A stretch of DNA of 64,000 bases from Octopus vulgaris (GCA_951406725.2 OX597825.1:66278001-66342000); one strand, 5' to 3'. Positions 38,945 to 53,836 are shown, counted from the stretch's first letter. Numbers and translations are program-made. The notes: generated from the sequence alone by a model not told the origin.

Positions 38945-39959
38945 TACATACACACACGTTTTTTTTTTCTTTTGGTGGTGTTGTTACCAACTTGCAAAGA
39001 CCAATTAGGTATTGCACATCATTGCTGTAATGTCATGCTTAACGAGTTAAACTAAGTAACTGTCTCAACCAATGAGATGACAAGGATTGAAGAATTCAAT
39101 CACAATTTAGCTGTGATAACAACTTGAGAGTAAAAATCTTTATTTTTATGAGTTTTCTTTTTTCATGCAGGAGTCTTACGATTTAAAACATTTTCTTAAA
39201 CGTGGTGGTAACATGGATGTTGTACAAAAAAAACAAAAAAAAACTTGGTCAGCTTTAATTAACGATCTTGATAGGGAACACATTTCTCTGTTTTTTTTCT
39301 TTTGTTTTTATGTACTTATGTTATCTTTTGGTTCATATTATTTTCATATTATTCTGTTTCATATTATATTAGCTCTTTTTTTTTATTGTGTGTGTGTGTA
39401 TGTGTGTTTGTATAAACTTTTGCAAGGAAAACATTTCCTGTGACTTTGAAGTTCTGGCCTGTTCATTGGTCAGTAGACGGTCAGTGATTGATTATCAATC
39501 TAGGTTAAATATTTCATAATCTCTCTGTTGGCTCACCAGGCTAACAATATTACTTAGATTAGTGAAAAACTCCAGGTAATCTTTTGTTTGGGTTCAGGGT
39601 TATGGTTCATCACAATTCTATATTGTAAATCCATGGATGCGCTCAGACAAACTGGTTTTCACACAGAATGAAATAAGAAATAAGTTAAATTAATGGTCAT
39701 TTCATATTTTTCCTTTATATTTAATGACCACTATTTTTTAAAAACTTGTTTCTTATATATATATATATATAGGTTTACTGTGTCTGTGATGTATGTGTGT
39801 CTGTCTATGTGTATGTATGACTATTCCAGTTTTAGCTATTTTGATTCTCTCTACAAAGGGCATAGCTGTTAGGGAAGAAAGAAAGCTTCACCAGTGGAGA
39901 TTTCATAGCAAGAACAATTGACTATATGTGTACTTATACCTCTGTGTATACACATACAG

Positions 39960-40280
39960 TGAAGGTGTGTGGTTTAGCGGCTATGATATTCAGCTCATTG
40001 CTGTGATGTCGTTAGTTCGAATCCCGACTGCGCGTTGTGTCTCTGAGCAAGACACTTTATTTCACGTTGCTTCAATCCACTCACTTGACAAAAATGTGTT
40101 GTAGCTCTTATTCAAAGGCCCAGCTTTGTCACATTCTGTATCATGCTGGATTCCCCTGAGAATTATGTTAAGAGTGTCCATGTCTGTGGAATGCTCAGCC
40201 ACTTGCACATTCATTTCACAAACAGGCTGTTCTGTTGATTGAATCAATTGGAATACTCGTCATAACCGACGGAGTGCTGG
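39960..40280 (+). mobile_element. SINE family D
   Basis: Collinear with the 4053 and 58801 copies. Confidence 0.85.
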
Positions 40281-41964
40281 GCCATAGGCATATAAACCTA
40301 TATGGGCATGTGTATTGATATATAATTACATACTACATGATAGATATTTAATACTGACTTTCTATATATGAATCATGCTTCTTTTATACCAACAGATCTG
40401 AACTCTTTTTAACCATTCTAACAATCAGTATGCATTAAGCAGAAATGCTATTAACTGTGAACATTTTTAATTAATTACAAAGAAGCATGAGAATTATGCA
40501 AAATTAGTCAAAATTTATCTTACATGTAGTGTTTGTGATGAATTTGTGTGTGCATATATATAGAGAAGGATTCTGTATGCCTCTTTGAACAAACTATATA
40601 TATATACATATATGTGTGTATATATATATGTGTGTGTATGATATGTATGAAATTGTCATTTTTCTTGTAGTAATATAGAAAATGGAAAAATTTATGTTTT
40701 TGACTTAAAGATTTTAGCTTTGATTTACATATTCTTTCTATTCTCTTTTATTGAGCTCACATGCACACACACACATACACATACCTATATGTGTGTTAGT
40801 GTACATATATATATATATATATATATATGAATGCATATATGTCTAGATCAGAATATATTTCACTCAAGTGTGTGTGCATATGTATGTTATTTTCAAAGAA
40901 AATTCTCAAATGTCTCTTAAAAGTGAGGCAAAACTTTTGACAATCTCTTCTTAATTAAAATAATACCATTTCTTTTATTGATTTCCTGAATGATTCTACA
41001 AATCTTAAAATTCCTCCAAACTCTAATTAAATAATAGCGGACAAATGTGATTATGGCCTTCCAGTCTTGTAAAGCAACTTGTGAAATAGCCAGAAACTTG
41101 CCCCATTTTTAAACAGAAACAACACAAACTGAATCACTTAGCAAATGCTACTAATACTATTATTACTACTGCTACAAATAATACCGATAATAATAATTAT
41201 AAACATCGTCATAAGTGATTTAATCACCAAAGCAATATCACAATCAGTTTTTCTGTAAAATTTGGATGAAATTCAATTTTTCTGCATTTGCCGGTGTCAC
41301 TTGCGAAAGCTTGAATAGTTGTTATTGTGTCACTTGTTGGTAAGATTCTGGTCGGCCAAAATATATTTTCGCAATATTCAACAGAAGTTTCAAATTCTAT
41401 TTTCTAACGGCAAGCTTTTAAGCTATTATTTATTTGTTCTCTTGCCCATTCTATCCGCCATATATTTTACGTACATACTTACATAAACACACACACACAC
41501 ACACATCATCATCAAATAGAGATATATATGTAAATTATACTGTGTGCCATTGGTAAACTAGAGATTTAACGTTAACTGTTCAATTATTATTATTATTATT
41601 ATTATTATTTTTGGTTCTTTTTTTTTCATTCTTGTGAAGTTTAAAATTCATGTTTTCCATTTTCTATTAATTACTTAAGTCTAAGAATATAGTTGTGTAT
41701 CTGATGAGATAAATGTCTGCATAGAGTTAAACATTTAGTAGTAGTAGTAGTAGTAAATATCTTAACAGTAATTAGGATAATTATAATGATTATATATATG
41801 TACATGCATACAAGCTCACACACACACACACATATATATATATATACGTATGTGTGTGTGTATTGTTATATTATTCATGTATGTATGCATATGTATATAT
41901 AATACACACATTTATGTATTTTTCGCTCTCCCTCCCTCTCTGTAGATCTATCTGTCTGTCTGTC

Positions 41965-42001
<37 letters not shown>

Positions 42002-44336
42002 ATCTATGTGTATGGATATATATGATATATATATATCTGTGCGTTTACACATAAATGCATATACATATTAGTTTAAAGAATATTTACCAACATCTATCAA
42101 AATTCCGTTTTAGTTTTTGCATTGTAAATTTATTTACAAAGTGTAATTATTTAAAAGAACAAAAGTAAAAAATATAGGGATATGTGTTCTCTTGAAGAAT
42201 AATAGATTTCTTTTTCTTAATCGACACTGACCAGTAATGGGGAAAAACAAGGATGGACTGGAAGAAACAACCTCATTTACATGTTAACGACCAAGTAAAC
42301 CAATTAACGATTAATTACTATTTCTGTTATATTTCTGGGCATTCGACACATGTGTGGGTAACTTAACTTATCAGATCTATTAAGGTTGTGTTCTGTCATA
42401 ATTCCAGACTAAACACACTACTTTATCTTGAATTTGTCAGCCCATCAGATATATTCTTTTGTAGATCGCAATATTAAAAAGAACAAAAAAGAAAAATTTT
42501 TTTTTTCTTTCTGAATGTATGTTATGAAACTGTTTCAATCTTTTGTTTCATGAAATATTTGGTTTCTGGTGTTAATATAAGACTTTCCTTCCAAAAATTC
42601 TAGTCCCTCCTTCTTTCTTCTTCACTCCTTCCTGCCTTTTTTTTTTTTTTTTTTTTTCTGTAACAACATCCTTGTTAAAAAAGGGTTTTCAATGGCCTAT
42701 AACATCAGCGCCTAATTTAATTAGCTTATTCGATTCAAACGAATATTAATTCCGTTGACGTTTTATAAATGAGGCCAAATTTGGGTTGAAAAAATTGAAT
42801 GAAACAAAACAAAAAACATACAAACAACAAAACTAAAAACAAAACATGCGAACAACCAGAAAAATTTGTAAAAACTTAAACAACAAACAAAACAAATTAA
42901 ACCAAAATAATAAAAAAAAAATTGTAACAACCAGTAAAAACGAAAAGAACCAAAAAAAAAAAAAAGAAAAAAACTATATATCTATCTATAATATATTAAC
43001 ATCTGGATTTTAAAAATTAAACAATAACAACGTAAATATGAAATTGTTAAGATCAGAAACTACCGGTAAAGTGTAAAATCATTGTAAATAAATGCTGGAG
43101 TTGAATATATTTTTGTATGAAGATTTGCCAAGATCTACATCAAGTACTGCCTCCCTCTCCCCAACTGCTCCTCCTCCTCCTTCTCCTCCTTTGGGTTGGC
43201 AGTCGAGTATGAGATGACGAGATGCTATTTACAGACCAAAAAACCTTCTCTCCTTTTGTGGAAGGTTTCATGTTGAAGATGATGATGATAATGATGATGA
43301 TGAGGATGATGATGATGATGATAATGATGATCATGATGATATTGGATTTTAAAAAACAAAAAAAGAAAAGTTTATATAAAATGTATCTGTCTATATATAT
43401 ACATATATATATATATAATATACACGTGCATATATATATATCTTGCACATAATGTCACTGATGGTTAAAGCAAAAAACAAAAAAAAACTATTAACAAAAA
43501 AGGTGAAATCAATTTTTTTTTTTTTTTCACACCAAGTAACTAACTAACCATGAAAGTATTTATTGTTACCAACTGGTATTGGCGTTTTTCATTCCAGGGA
43601 GAATTCCCAGCTCACCCTCTCTCTTATGCCATGAAGTCAGACAAAATGACCATCAGTGACAAGAATCAATAACAAGACTGTCACATCATGCAGTTCTACC
43701 GTTGCATTTTTTTTTTTTTTTCACAAAACTATTCCCCTCCTCCACCATCACCACCACCTGGGAATCTGCTCGGTGGGAAAGAAAGAAAAAAAATATCTGT
43801 GATAATATTACCAAAATCTTAAATGTTGTTGTAATTTAAAGATTCTAGCTGCACAGCTTCTCTTTCATTAGGAATTAGCTATTTTCAAACTTGTCCTATT
43901 TTTTTTTATGTCTTTGTCTTATAAAGAAAGTTACTTTAACCATGTATGTTTGTGTGTATATGCATGCATGTGTGTATTTGTGTCTATGTATATATATATA
44001 TATATGTATGTATATGTATGTATACATCTTCTTGACTTACAACTTATGCGGCTTCCGACAATCCGCACTTGTGACCACAAAAAGTAAGGAAATAATGGAA
44101 TAAATAAAATTGATTTTTCAGATGTTGGGCAGCTGCATGTACAGTAACTGGCAGCATCTGACAATGCAGGCCTCTTTCAGACCCAGGCCTCCACTACATG
44201 CCACACTCTATCACTCAATCGCTTTCAATCATCTGTTGCGTTTGAATGGAAATAGTGTTGAAAAATATAAATCCAACATATGACCAGATCGATTTAAGAC
44301 CTGTCAGTTGTAAGTTGGGTAGAAGGTGTTTATACA

Positions 44337-44385
<49 letters not shown>

Positions 44386-45192
44386 GTGTGCATGCATGCA
44401 CACACATACATGCATGTGAGCACACTTCAAAGTGAATCTAAAGTCCGAACAAAATCTTATTCCTACTAACAAATATGAACAGCATTCCATTTTTCACAGA
44501 AATTTTAATGTTCTGATTGGAAAAAAAAACACAAAAAAGAAAAAAATTAAGAACATGTTTTTTGTTGTGTTTTTTCATATTTTAAAAATTATTTTTGAAA
44601 GAAAAATGTTTTCTTCAAAATGGTAACGGTTCCTTCATTTTTAAAGAAATCCCGTCTATATCCTTTTTTGTCGCCCTTTGTTTCCCCTTTATTTATCCCC
44701 TTACTTTTAATAAAAGAAAAAAAAAACGTATGTATACATTGCAGAATTTTGTTTTTACAAATATATATTTATATACTGAGTTTCTCTGTATGAGTACTAA
44801 TTGATGTCAGTAATATTAAGAATTTGGTTAGGAAATGACCCTTGTGGTTCTTGGAAAATAAGATAGTGCAAGGCTAAATCCTTATTTTGAGTTTGCTGCA
44901 GATTTTGCTATCAATCTGTAATACATACAGATCAATACCTGACATGCACGTGGTGGCAATTTAATCAGCTATTCACACAGTTATACTTCTTGTATTACAC
45001 TACTTAGTTCTCTTGGAGAATAGAAGTGTTACTATCTTTTTTTATTTTAAGGTTGACAATAGTTAATGCTAAAAACAATTTCTTTATGATTTTTTTCATG
45101 CCAGTATGTTTCTATAATAGGGATCAACTGCATGAAACTGAAAATCCTTTCCAATATTAAATTACTCCACAGGAAAATAAATTGAAATTATT

Positions 45193-45235
<43 letters not shown>

Positions 45236-48025
45236 GTTGCTTACCATCTGTGGTGGTGATAAGATTTATCTCCCTTGCATTTTTTTTTTTATTCTTCAGC
45301 TATTCAAAAATTTGAGGAATAGTTGTGTTCGTCTTGTGGAGTAACATATGTTATGTGATACAAAACTTATAATTTTTCCCTCCAAATCATTGTTCAAAAT
45401 GGACACTTTTAAGCGTTTTGTCTGGTAACGTTTTACTTCAGGGAGCCAGGAGAGTTCCTCAAACTCTCATCAGCGTTCAGGTTCGGTGTGGTTGAATATC
45501 TCTCTATCATATTTACTTCTCTTGTTTACTTGTGCAGAAGACACCCTAAGTTGTAATTATATCTATCTGTGTAGTCTTCTGGGATGACAGCAAAATACCA
45601 TTCCTATCAAATTTTATTTTACAAATGCTGTTCCTATCACAGGTGTGTGTAGCTATTGTATAGCATGAGCCATCGTTACATATCATATGACACATCTGAA
45701 TAACCACATCGGTTACCTAACGCCAGGTACATTACATTATTATTGTGGCCATTTAACTAAATCCCTACTATAAACCATTAAAAGTAAAAGTTATTTCAGG
45801 GGTCAATTAAAGTGAAATTACACATTTATTGCGGAATTTGCTTTTCTTATACTTTTCCCAAAACATGTCCAACAAAACTGTTACCATTTTGAAGAGTTAC
45901 TAAATTCATACCTATTTTTGGAGAACCAACTTTATCAATTTCTTCCACTGAGTAACCTAATTTATCCGTATATTAATTTAGCTATATGTAATATATATAT
46001 GTGTGTGTGTGTGTGTGTGTTAACCAAATGTCTGTTGTTTACTTGTCTATGTTTTGAGTTGCTAATTCTTTTCGATTATTTTTATTTTCATATATATGTG
46101 TCTGTGTGTATGTATGTGTGTATATATATATGTATATATATATATATATGTTATATATATATATGTATGTATTATAGATGCATGCATAACCAAGTGGCTA
46201 AGAAGAGTTCACTTTGCAATCATGGGAATTCTGAGACAATTCCACTTCAAGCTTCTTTGACCCTATGTCTGCAGAGTACTCAAGCATTTCAGTTGATTAA
46301 ACAGCTGAGATGACCACTGTTAAAAACTAACAAAAACCCACACATCCACACACATACTTACATACATATATATTTATATACACACATACATACAAACACA
46401 CTGACACAGATGTAAACATTTTTTTTTGTTTTCTGTCTTGTTTAAAAAAAAAGAAGCATTTTTTTTTTCCATTGAAAGAGAAGCTGCTATATCGACTGGC
46501 AGTAGAAATGATGTGATATATATATATAAACATTTTTAAAACAAATAATGAACTTGAATACTACTTTAAATTCTGCTTTGTTCATCGTATTATGGGTGCT
46601 AGTCTTTAAATCTGACTGAATTAAATACACTACAATAAGAGGCAGTTCCAAAAGATCTTTAGTTTGTTTTTGTGTCTTTCTTCCCTCCTTTCATATATGT
46701 ATGTATATATATGTGTGTGTGTATGTGTGTATATATATATATGTATATATATACACGTGTGTATGTGTGTGTATATATACATATATATATATGTATATAT
46801 TTATATATATATATATATACATGTGTGTGCATGTATATATGTGTGAGTGTTTGTGTATATACATACAATATGTATAATTAGGAATGAACAAGCCTCCAAT
46901 CTCGTGTTCATTCATTGCCTCTTATTGTTTTGGTGTTTAGTCCCTTATCGTAACCTTTTATTATCAATTTATTTCTCCTCCCCCTTGCTCCCTAGCTGCT
47001 GTGAAACGACAGGGCAGCTTTAAGAGGGTTAAAAATTGCAAAGCAGGCAGCCACCAAAAAACTGCATCCAGCCATCTCTACATCATTGTTCGGGAGTATT
47101 GTGAAAAGTCAAAAATAAAGTGTTGTTGAGGAATTCCGAGGGAAGATAAACTGTGACCAGCATGTGAGATAGATAGATAGAGAGAGCGAGCGAGAGAGAA
47201 AGAGTGAGAGAGAGAAAGAAAGCGAGAGAGATTGATCAAAAAAAGCAAGCAAGTGAAATCAAGGGTGACACCTGAAAATAGATTATTGGTTTACTCGATA
47301 GTATTAACCACTCCTACTATTAATCTGTGTTGAGCGCTTTTAATAAGAAGCCAAATGGCCATTTGTCGAAGAGTTTCCAACTTGTTGCACAAGAGACTAA
47401 ATGCCAACTGTATAGTTTTTAAAACTCTAACAGCTAAAATTATATTTTTTTCATACTTTTAATATTTTTTTCTATCCCTGCCCCTCTTCTTTTTTTTTTT
47501 TTTTAAATCAAATTGTCTTCCTGTGTTTGGTCCTTTTTTTAAAATTTTCTTTGCCAGATTTTTTGTATTTTTTTTTTTTTTTCCAAATATAAAAATGTTT
47601 TTCTTGATATGGTGTGACTCTTAAAGGATAGATATTCACAAATTGCTTTGCATGTTAATGTGATGGCTGGTAATTTTGTTGTTGCTGTTGTTATTATTAT
47701 TACTATTAATTATTATTATTATTATTATTATTATTAGGTTGTGTAAATGTCCAAGACCAAAACATACCGTACTAAATGCATTTTTGTATTTAGTTTAGCT
47801 TCTTCCAACTTGAAAAAAAAGGAAAAAAATTGCTGAAGTAAACTTAAATCATTTCTTGTCTATGAGAAAATTTTTGCCTTTTCACACATTCAAAGGTCAC
47901 TAAAATATATACCAGTAATACACACGGATTAATTCAACTGATTATATCTACCTCTCTGCTCCTTCACAAATTTGCGCTTTATTCAGGTGCGCAAGTAAAA
48001 ATATTTTTATTATTAAGAACTAGTC

Positions 48026-48641
48026 AAGGCAGTGAGATGGCAGAAGTGTTAGGACACTGGAGTAAATGCTTAGTAGCATTTCTTCCAGTTTTCCATTCTG
48101 AGTTCAAATGACACCGGGGTCGACTTTGCCTTTCATCCTTTCAGAGGTCAATAAAACAAGTACCAGTTGAGCATTGGGGTCAGTGTAAATGACTGGTAGC
48201 CCCCTACAAATTTTTTAGGCTTTGTGCCTGTAATAGAAATAATTATTAAGAATTATTGGAGCCCTTTCAGCAAGCCCAGCACCATCTTTTATTCATGTCT
48301 TGATGTTGGGGACTGTCCATGAAATATGTAACAGTAATAATTAGGGGTTAAAATTCTTCTCTGCAAATGCTGTGTATGTGCAGTAAAAAAAAAATATATT
48401 TTTAATGTTTCAACTTCACATTCTGAGTTCAAATACCACCAAGGTTGACTTTACCTTTCATGGTTGATAAAATAAGAACCAGTCAAGTACTGGGGCCGAT
48501 GGAATCGACTAGTCCCCTCTCCACAAATTTCAGGACTTGTGCCTTTAATAGAAAGGATTATTATTATTATTATTATTATTTAGTGTAATTGATAATTTTA
48601 ATCTACTTTGTTCACTCACAATTGAGATATGTGTGTGTGTG

Positions 48642-48683
<42 letters not shown>

Positions 48684-49500
48684 CATGCGTATTAGTGTGG
48701 ATGTATATATGTATATATATATACATACCTTCCTGTGTCTGTGTTTCTAAATATGTGAATATCTAATCTTAAGTCACCAACTAAACAACCTATACTCCAC
48801 TGTACATCCCTTTCTCTTTATAAATATTTTTGTTCTACAAGTATTCCCCCTCTTCCAAACCCTACCCAAAATCTCCTAAACAAACATGAAATATGTACAA
48901 AAAAACAAAAACAAAAAAAAAGGCTTTGTGCATCCCTTGTAATGCATTTCTGTAAAAAATATCTGAGTGACATGATGTTGTGTAAGTGAAACTTAAAGCT
49001 TACTATTCTCCCATAATACCTTTCATATCTTCTTTCTTTAGCCATTTTTTTTTTCTTTTAAAATTTGTTTTTCGATGACATAAATTGTTACCCATCTTAA
49101 TGGGTTGTGGGTCTGGTGCTAGATCTGGCCACACTCACTCTTTTTTTTTAAATTACCTTTTTAAATCACTTTTGAGAAAGAAATTCTTTTTTTTTTTTTT
49201 TTTTTAAACAAATTAATAGTTTTTCTTTTCCATTATGTTTGAAATAAATTTTTTTTTTTTTTTGTTTTTAAATTTACAATTTCGAAATGTAAAAATGGCC
49301 TTTTAAAATGTAAGAAGTAAATATTTGTTTATTGTTGTAGGCAAGATTTATAATCTTTATGTTCTAGAATCAGATCTCGCCGAACTATAATCTGGGGATT
49401 GATAAAATAAAGCAGCTGTCAAAAACTGGGGTTGATACTATTAACTTACCCACTCCTTTCAGAAATTGCTCACCTTGTGCCTAATTTACTAACAACTTTA

Positions 49501-49531
<31 letters not shown>

Positions 49532-50427
49532 TATTACCCCTCCCCTGAAATTTCTGGCCTTGTGCCAAAATTTGAAATTACTATTATTTTTTAATTATCA
49601 TTATTATTAAGGCGGTGAGCTGGCAGAATCGTTAGCACGCTGGGCCGAATGCTTAGTGGCATTTCGTCTGTCATTAAATTCTGAGTTCTAATTGCACCGA
49701 GGTCGACTTTGCCTTTCATCCTTTCGGGGTCAATAAAATAGGTACCAGTTGAACACTGGGGTCGATGTAATCGATTCATCCCTACCTCCCCCAAGCTGCC
49801 CTTGTGGCAAAAATTTGAAATTATTATTATTATTATTATTGAGGCATTGACCTGGCAGAATCATAAGCATGAGGGACAAAAATTGCTTAGCGGGATTTCT
49901 GTCTTTACGTTCTGAATTTGAAATCTGCTCAGCTTGACTTTGCCTTTTATCGTTTCGGGGTCGAAGAAATAGGTACCAGTTGAGCATTGGGGTTGATGTA
50001 ATTGACTAGCCCTTCCCCCCATAAGATTTCAGAATTATTATTATTATTTTTATTTTTTATTATTATAGTGGTGAGCTAGTAGAATCATTAGAGTGTTTGC
50101 ACAACATATTTTGGGTTATTTTTTTCCAACGCTCTTCATTCTGAGTTCAATTCCTGCTGGGGCACCAACTTTGCCTTTCATCCTTTCAGGGCCAATAAGA
50201 TAAAGTACCTGTCAAATACTAGGATCGATATTTATTGACTAGTTCCTCCCCAACCACTCAAAATTGCTGGCCTTATACCTAATTTAGAAGCAATTATTTT
50301 TAATTATGGGAGCTATTTTCACTTACCCAACTGATGTTTCTTGGTAACTATATGAATGTTGCAATCTGTTCGTCTTTTATAAATCTGTAGCCTTGTATCG
50401 TATCTGTGTAATGGTTCCTTGTCAAAT

Positions 50428-50476
<49 letters not shown>

Positions 50477-51677
50477 TATTCTTATATAAGGCAGTGAGCT
50501 AACAGAATCATTTGAGCATCAGACAAAATACTCAGCAGTATTTTGTCTGGCTCTTTTATGTTCTGAGTTCAGGGTCTATAAAATAAAGTACCAGTTAAGT
50601 ACTGGGGTTCAGTGTAAACGACTGTCTCCTTCCCCCCTAAAATTGCTGGCCTTGTGCCGAAATTTAAAATCATTATTGTTACTGTTGTTGTAGTGGGAGT
50701 CCTGATGTGTCAGTAAGTTCTCGGCAAATGAAGTGTACAGTACGGTATTTGATTCTACTGCTGTTAACGGGGAAAGGCATTATTGTCACACCTTCTGCTT
50801 TCTCTTCTTCAAAATATATGTAGGGCATCAGGCTGATGCCCCAAATTATTTATGCGGCAGGGAAAAAACAAAAGTCATCTGTGGTGGTGAGCATTTGGTG
50901 AACCGAGTGAGTCTTCAAACCGTTTAGGAAAGGCATGAATGCTGCAATCTCACATTTCCTTTCTATAAAGCTGAAGTTTCTTGTCTCAATGTTATTAGTA
51001 TTTTTTTTATTATTAGGGTGGTGGGTTGACAAAAATCATTGGAGCACAATTTGTTCCAACTCGTTTAAACATCCTGAGTTCATGTCCTGCCGAGGATGAA
51101 TTTTGCTTTTCATCCTTCTGGTGTCATTTAGATAAAGCTGTAGATAAGCACCGAGGTCAAAATAGTCAGCCGTTCCTCCCCCATCCTCGCTGCTGAAAAT
51201 TCTGGCCTCTGCCTGAATCAGAAACCATTGTTGTTATTCTAATTATTATTATTATGAAGGCGGCAAACTGGCAGAATCATTAGTGCATCAGGCAAAAAAC
51301 TTTGCAGCATTCATTAGTTCTGTGTTCAAATCTTGCCGAAGTAAAGTTTAGTTTTTATTCCCCTGAGGTTGATACAATAACGTGCCAGTCAAGTGTAGGG
51401 AGCAAAAATTGCTAGCCTTGTACCAAAATCAGAAACTATTGTTATTATTATTATTAACAAGGGTGGCGAGCTGGCATAGTCGTTAGCTTGCTGGGCAAAA
51501 TGCTTAGCAGTATTTTGTTTGCTGCTATGTTCTGAGTTCAAATTCCACCAAGCTCAACTTTGCCTTTCAACCTTTGAGGGGTCGATAAATTGAGTACCAT
51601 TTGTGTACTGTGAGTCGAACTAATCGACTTAATCTCTACCCCCAAATTTGAGGCTTTATGCCTCCACTAGAAAGGAT

Positions 51678-51720
<43 letters not shown>

Positions 51721-51934
51721 GCTACTGCTACAAATGTGGCAAGCTGGGAGAAGCATTAGCATGCCAGGCAAAATGCATAGTGGCATTTCACCTGTCTTTA
51801 GGGTCCGAGTTCAAATTCTGCCATGGTCGACATTGCTTTTCATTCTTTTGGGAGTTGATAAAATAGGGGTACCAGTAATCAACTTATCCCCCCTCCCCAC
51901 AAAAGTTGGCTGTCCTTGTGGCAAAATTTGAAAC

Positions 51935-51965
<31 letters not shown>
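48026..51965 (+). repeat. Head-to-tail cluster of about a dozen family-A SINEs separated by (TTA)n/(CTA)n
   Basis: Copies start near 48026, 48420, 49360, 49609, 49841, 50066, 50488, 51016, 51257, 51459 and 51735, all on the + strand. Confidence 0.88.
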
Positions 51966-51967
<2 letters not shown>

Positions 51968-52416
51968 GAACTGTCGTATCCTAGTGACAAGCTTCGTAGT
52001 AGAGGTAAAAGTAAGCTCTCAGCAATAATGAGTTCATGAACTCATTTTCATTTCCCGGTTGAAGCTAAGTCACTTCTTACGCAACATTATGTCCCCTTTT
52101 TTGGAGAAAGGGCCTGGACTTCAGTCACACAATCTCACCCCTCCTCCTCCCTGGTATATATAACTGTGTCTTTGTGTCTACAAAAAAATTTTAAAAATTA
52201 AAAAAAAAAATATAGAAAAAGTTCAATGTTTTGTCAGCCATAAGTTTGTAATGCATGCTAATGTTATAACAAATATACACATATATATCTATGTACTTAT
52301 ATGTATATATACTTATGCATTTATATATATATCGGTATATATATATATATATATATATATATGCATATGTGTACATATGCATATATATAGATATATGTAC
52401 ATATACATATATATTA

Positions 52417-52463
<47 letters not shown>

Positions 52464-52564
52464 GTATATATATGCATATGTATATATATGCATATATATA
52501 CACACATACATATGTATATATATGCATATGTATATATATGCATATATATATATACACATACATA

Positions 52565-52602
<38 letters not shown>

Positions 52603-53496
52603 TATACATACGCATATATGCATATAATTTTTATTCTTGTTTGATTAATTTTTATTCCTCTGTCATTTTTTTTTCTTTGAATTTCTTTTGTATTTTCAAA
52701 TTTGATTTTTTTTTTTTTTTTTCTTTTGTGGGATTTTGTTTTTGAAATGTCTGAAAAAGAAAAAGAAGAAAAAGGCAGTATTTATTTCAAAGTTGAGGAA
52801 GTCTGATTAAAAAATAAAATAAAATAAAATAATACAAATCAGTAACAACAAAAAACAAAAGCAAAACAAATCTTACTCTTCCTTCACAATTTATATATTA
52901 CACACATATAAATATATTTTTTTTGTTTTCATTCTTAAAATTTACTTCAAGTTTAGTTACTTGTAAAGTATTTTGCATCATTTTTATCCGAAATTTCCAC
53001 AGCTTCCATCCATAATACCTTGGCTGTGATGATTAGATTTGTTTGTTTTTGTTTGTTCTGTTTTTTTTTTTTTATTCGACAAACAAGAACGTTGGTAAAA
53101 TTCTTTTTTACTGAAGAATTTACAAATAATAACTACAACAACAACAACAAATAAAGAAACAACCTGATAATTTTTGTGAAACAAAAACAAAACGAAGAGC
53201 AAAAACAAAAAAAAAATTTTTTTTTCTGTCTTTTTGTTCCATTTTATTTAAATCCCCCTTTTTTTGTCAAAGTACCAAGAAAACATTAAAAAAAAAGAGA
53301 AATTGAATTATTTTGTTTCTTTTTGTTGTTTATTTTTTATTTTAAGTTTTTTTTTTTGTTTTTCAAAATTCTACATCTATACATGGGAAGTTGGTAGACT
53401 TTAATGCTTTTAGAGTTACAAACATGCTTAAAATATGGATGTACTCGTTTATATAGGCTTTAACATGAGTGTACTTTAACCTATCAGCCTAGATAA

Positions 53497-53557
53497 TTAT
53501 CTGTCTATCTACCTATCTATCTATCTATTATCTATCTATCCATCTATCTATCTATCC

Positions 53558-53628
<71 letters not shown>

Positions 53629-53772
53629 CATCTATCTATTATCTATCTATCTATCCATCTATATATCTATCTATCCATCTATCTATTATCTATCTATCCA
53701 TCTATATATCTATCTATCCATCTATCTATCCATCTGTCTATCTATCTATCCATCTGTCTATCTATCTATCTG
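53497..53772. repeat. (TATC)n / GATA tetranucleotide satellite
   Basis: Directly visible. Confidence 0.95.
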
Positions 53773-53800
53773 TGTATGTATGTATGTTTATATATATATG

Positions 53801-53836
<36 letters not shown>

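Noticed and set aside
41701-41730. CTGATGA boxes here and at about 59404 as hammerheads
   Set aside because: No downstream GAAA box or flanking stems.
44118-44161. Hairpin as a candidate pre-miRNA
   Set aside because: Only about 44 nt, and it matches no mature miRNA I recognise.
45442-45552. Possible microexons (45442-45480 and 45538-45552)
   Set aside because: The acceptors look plausible but the donors are weak and no peptide is recognisable.
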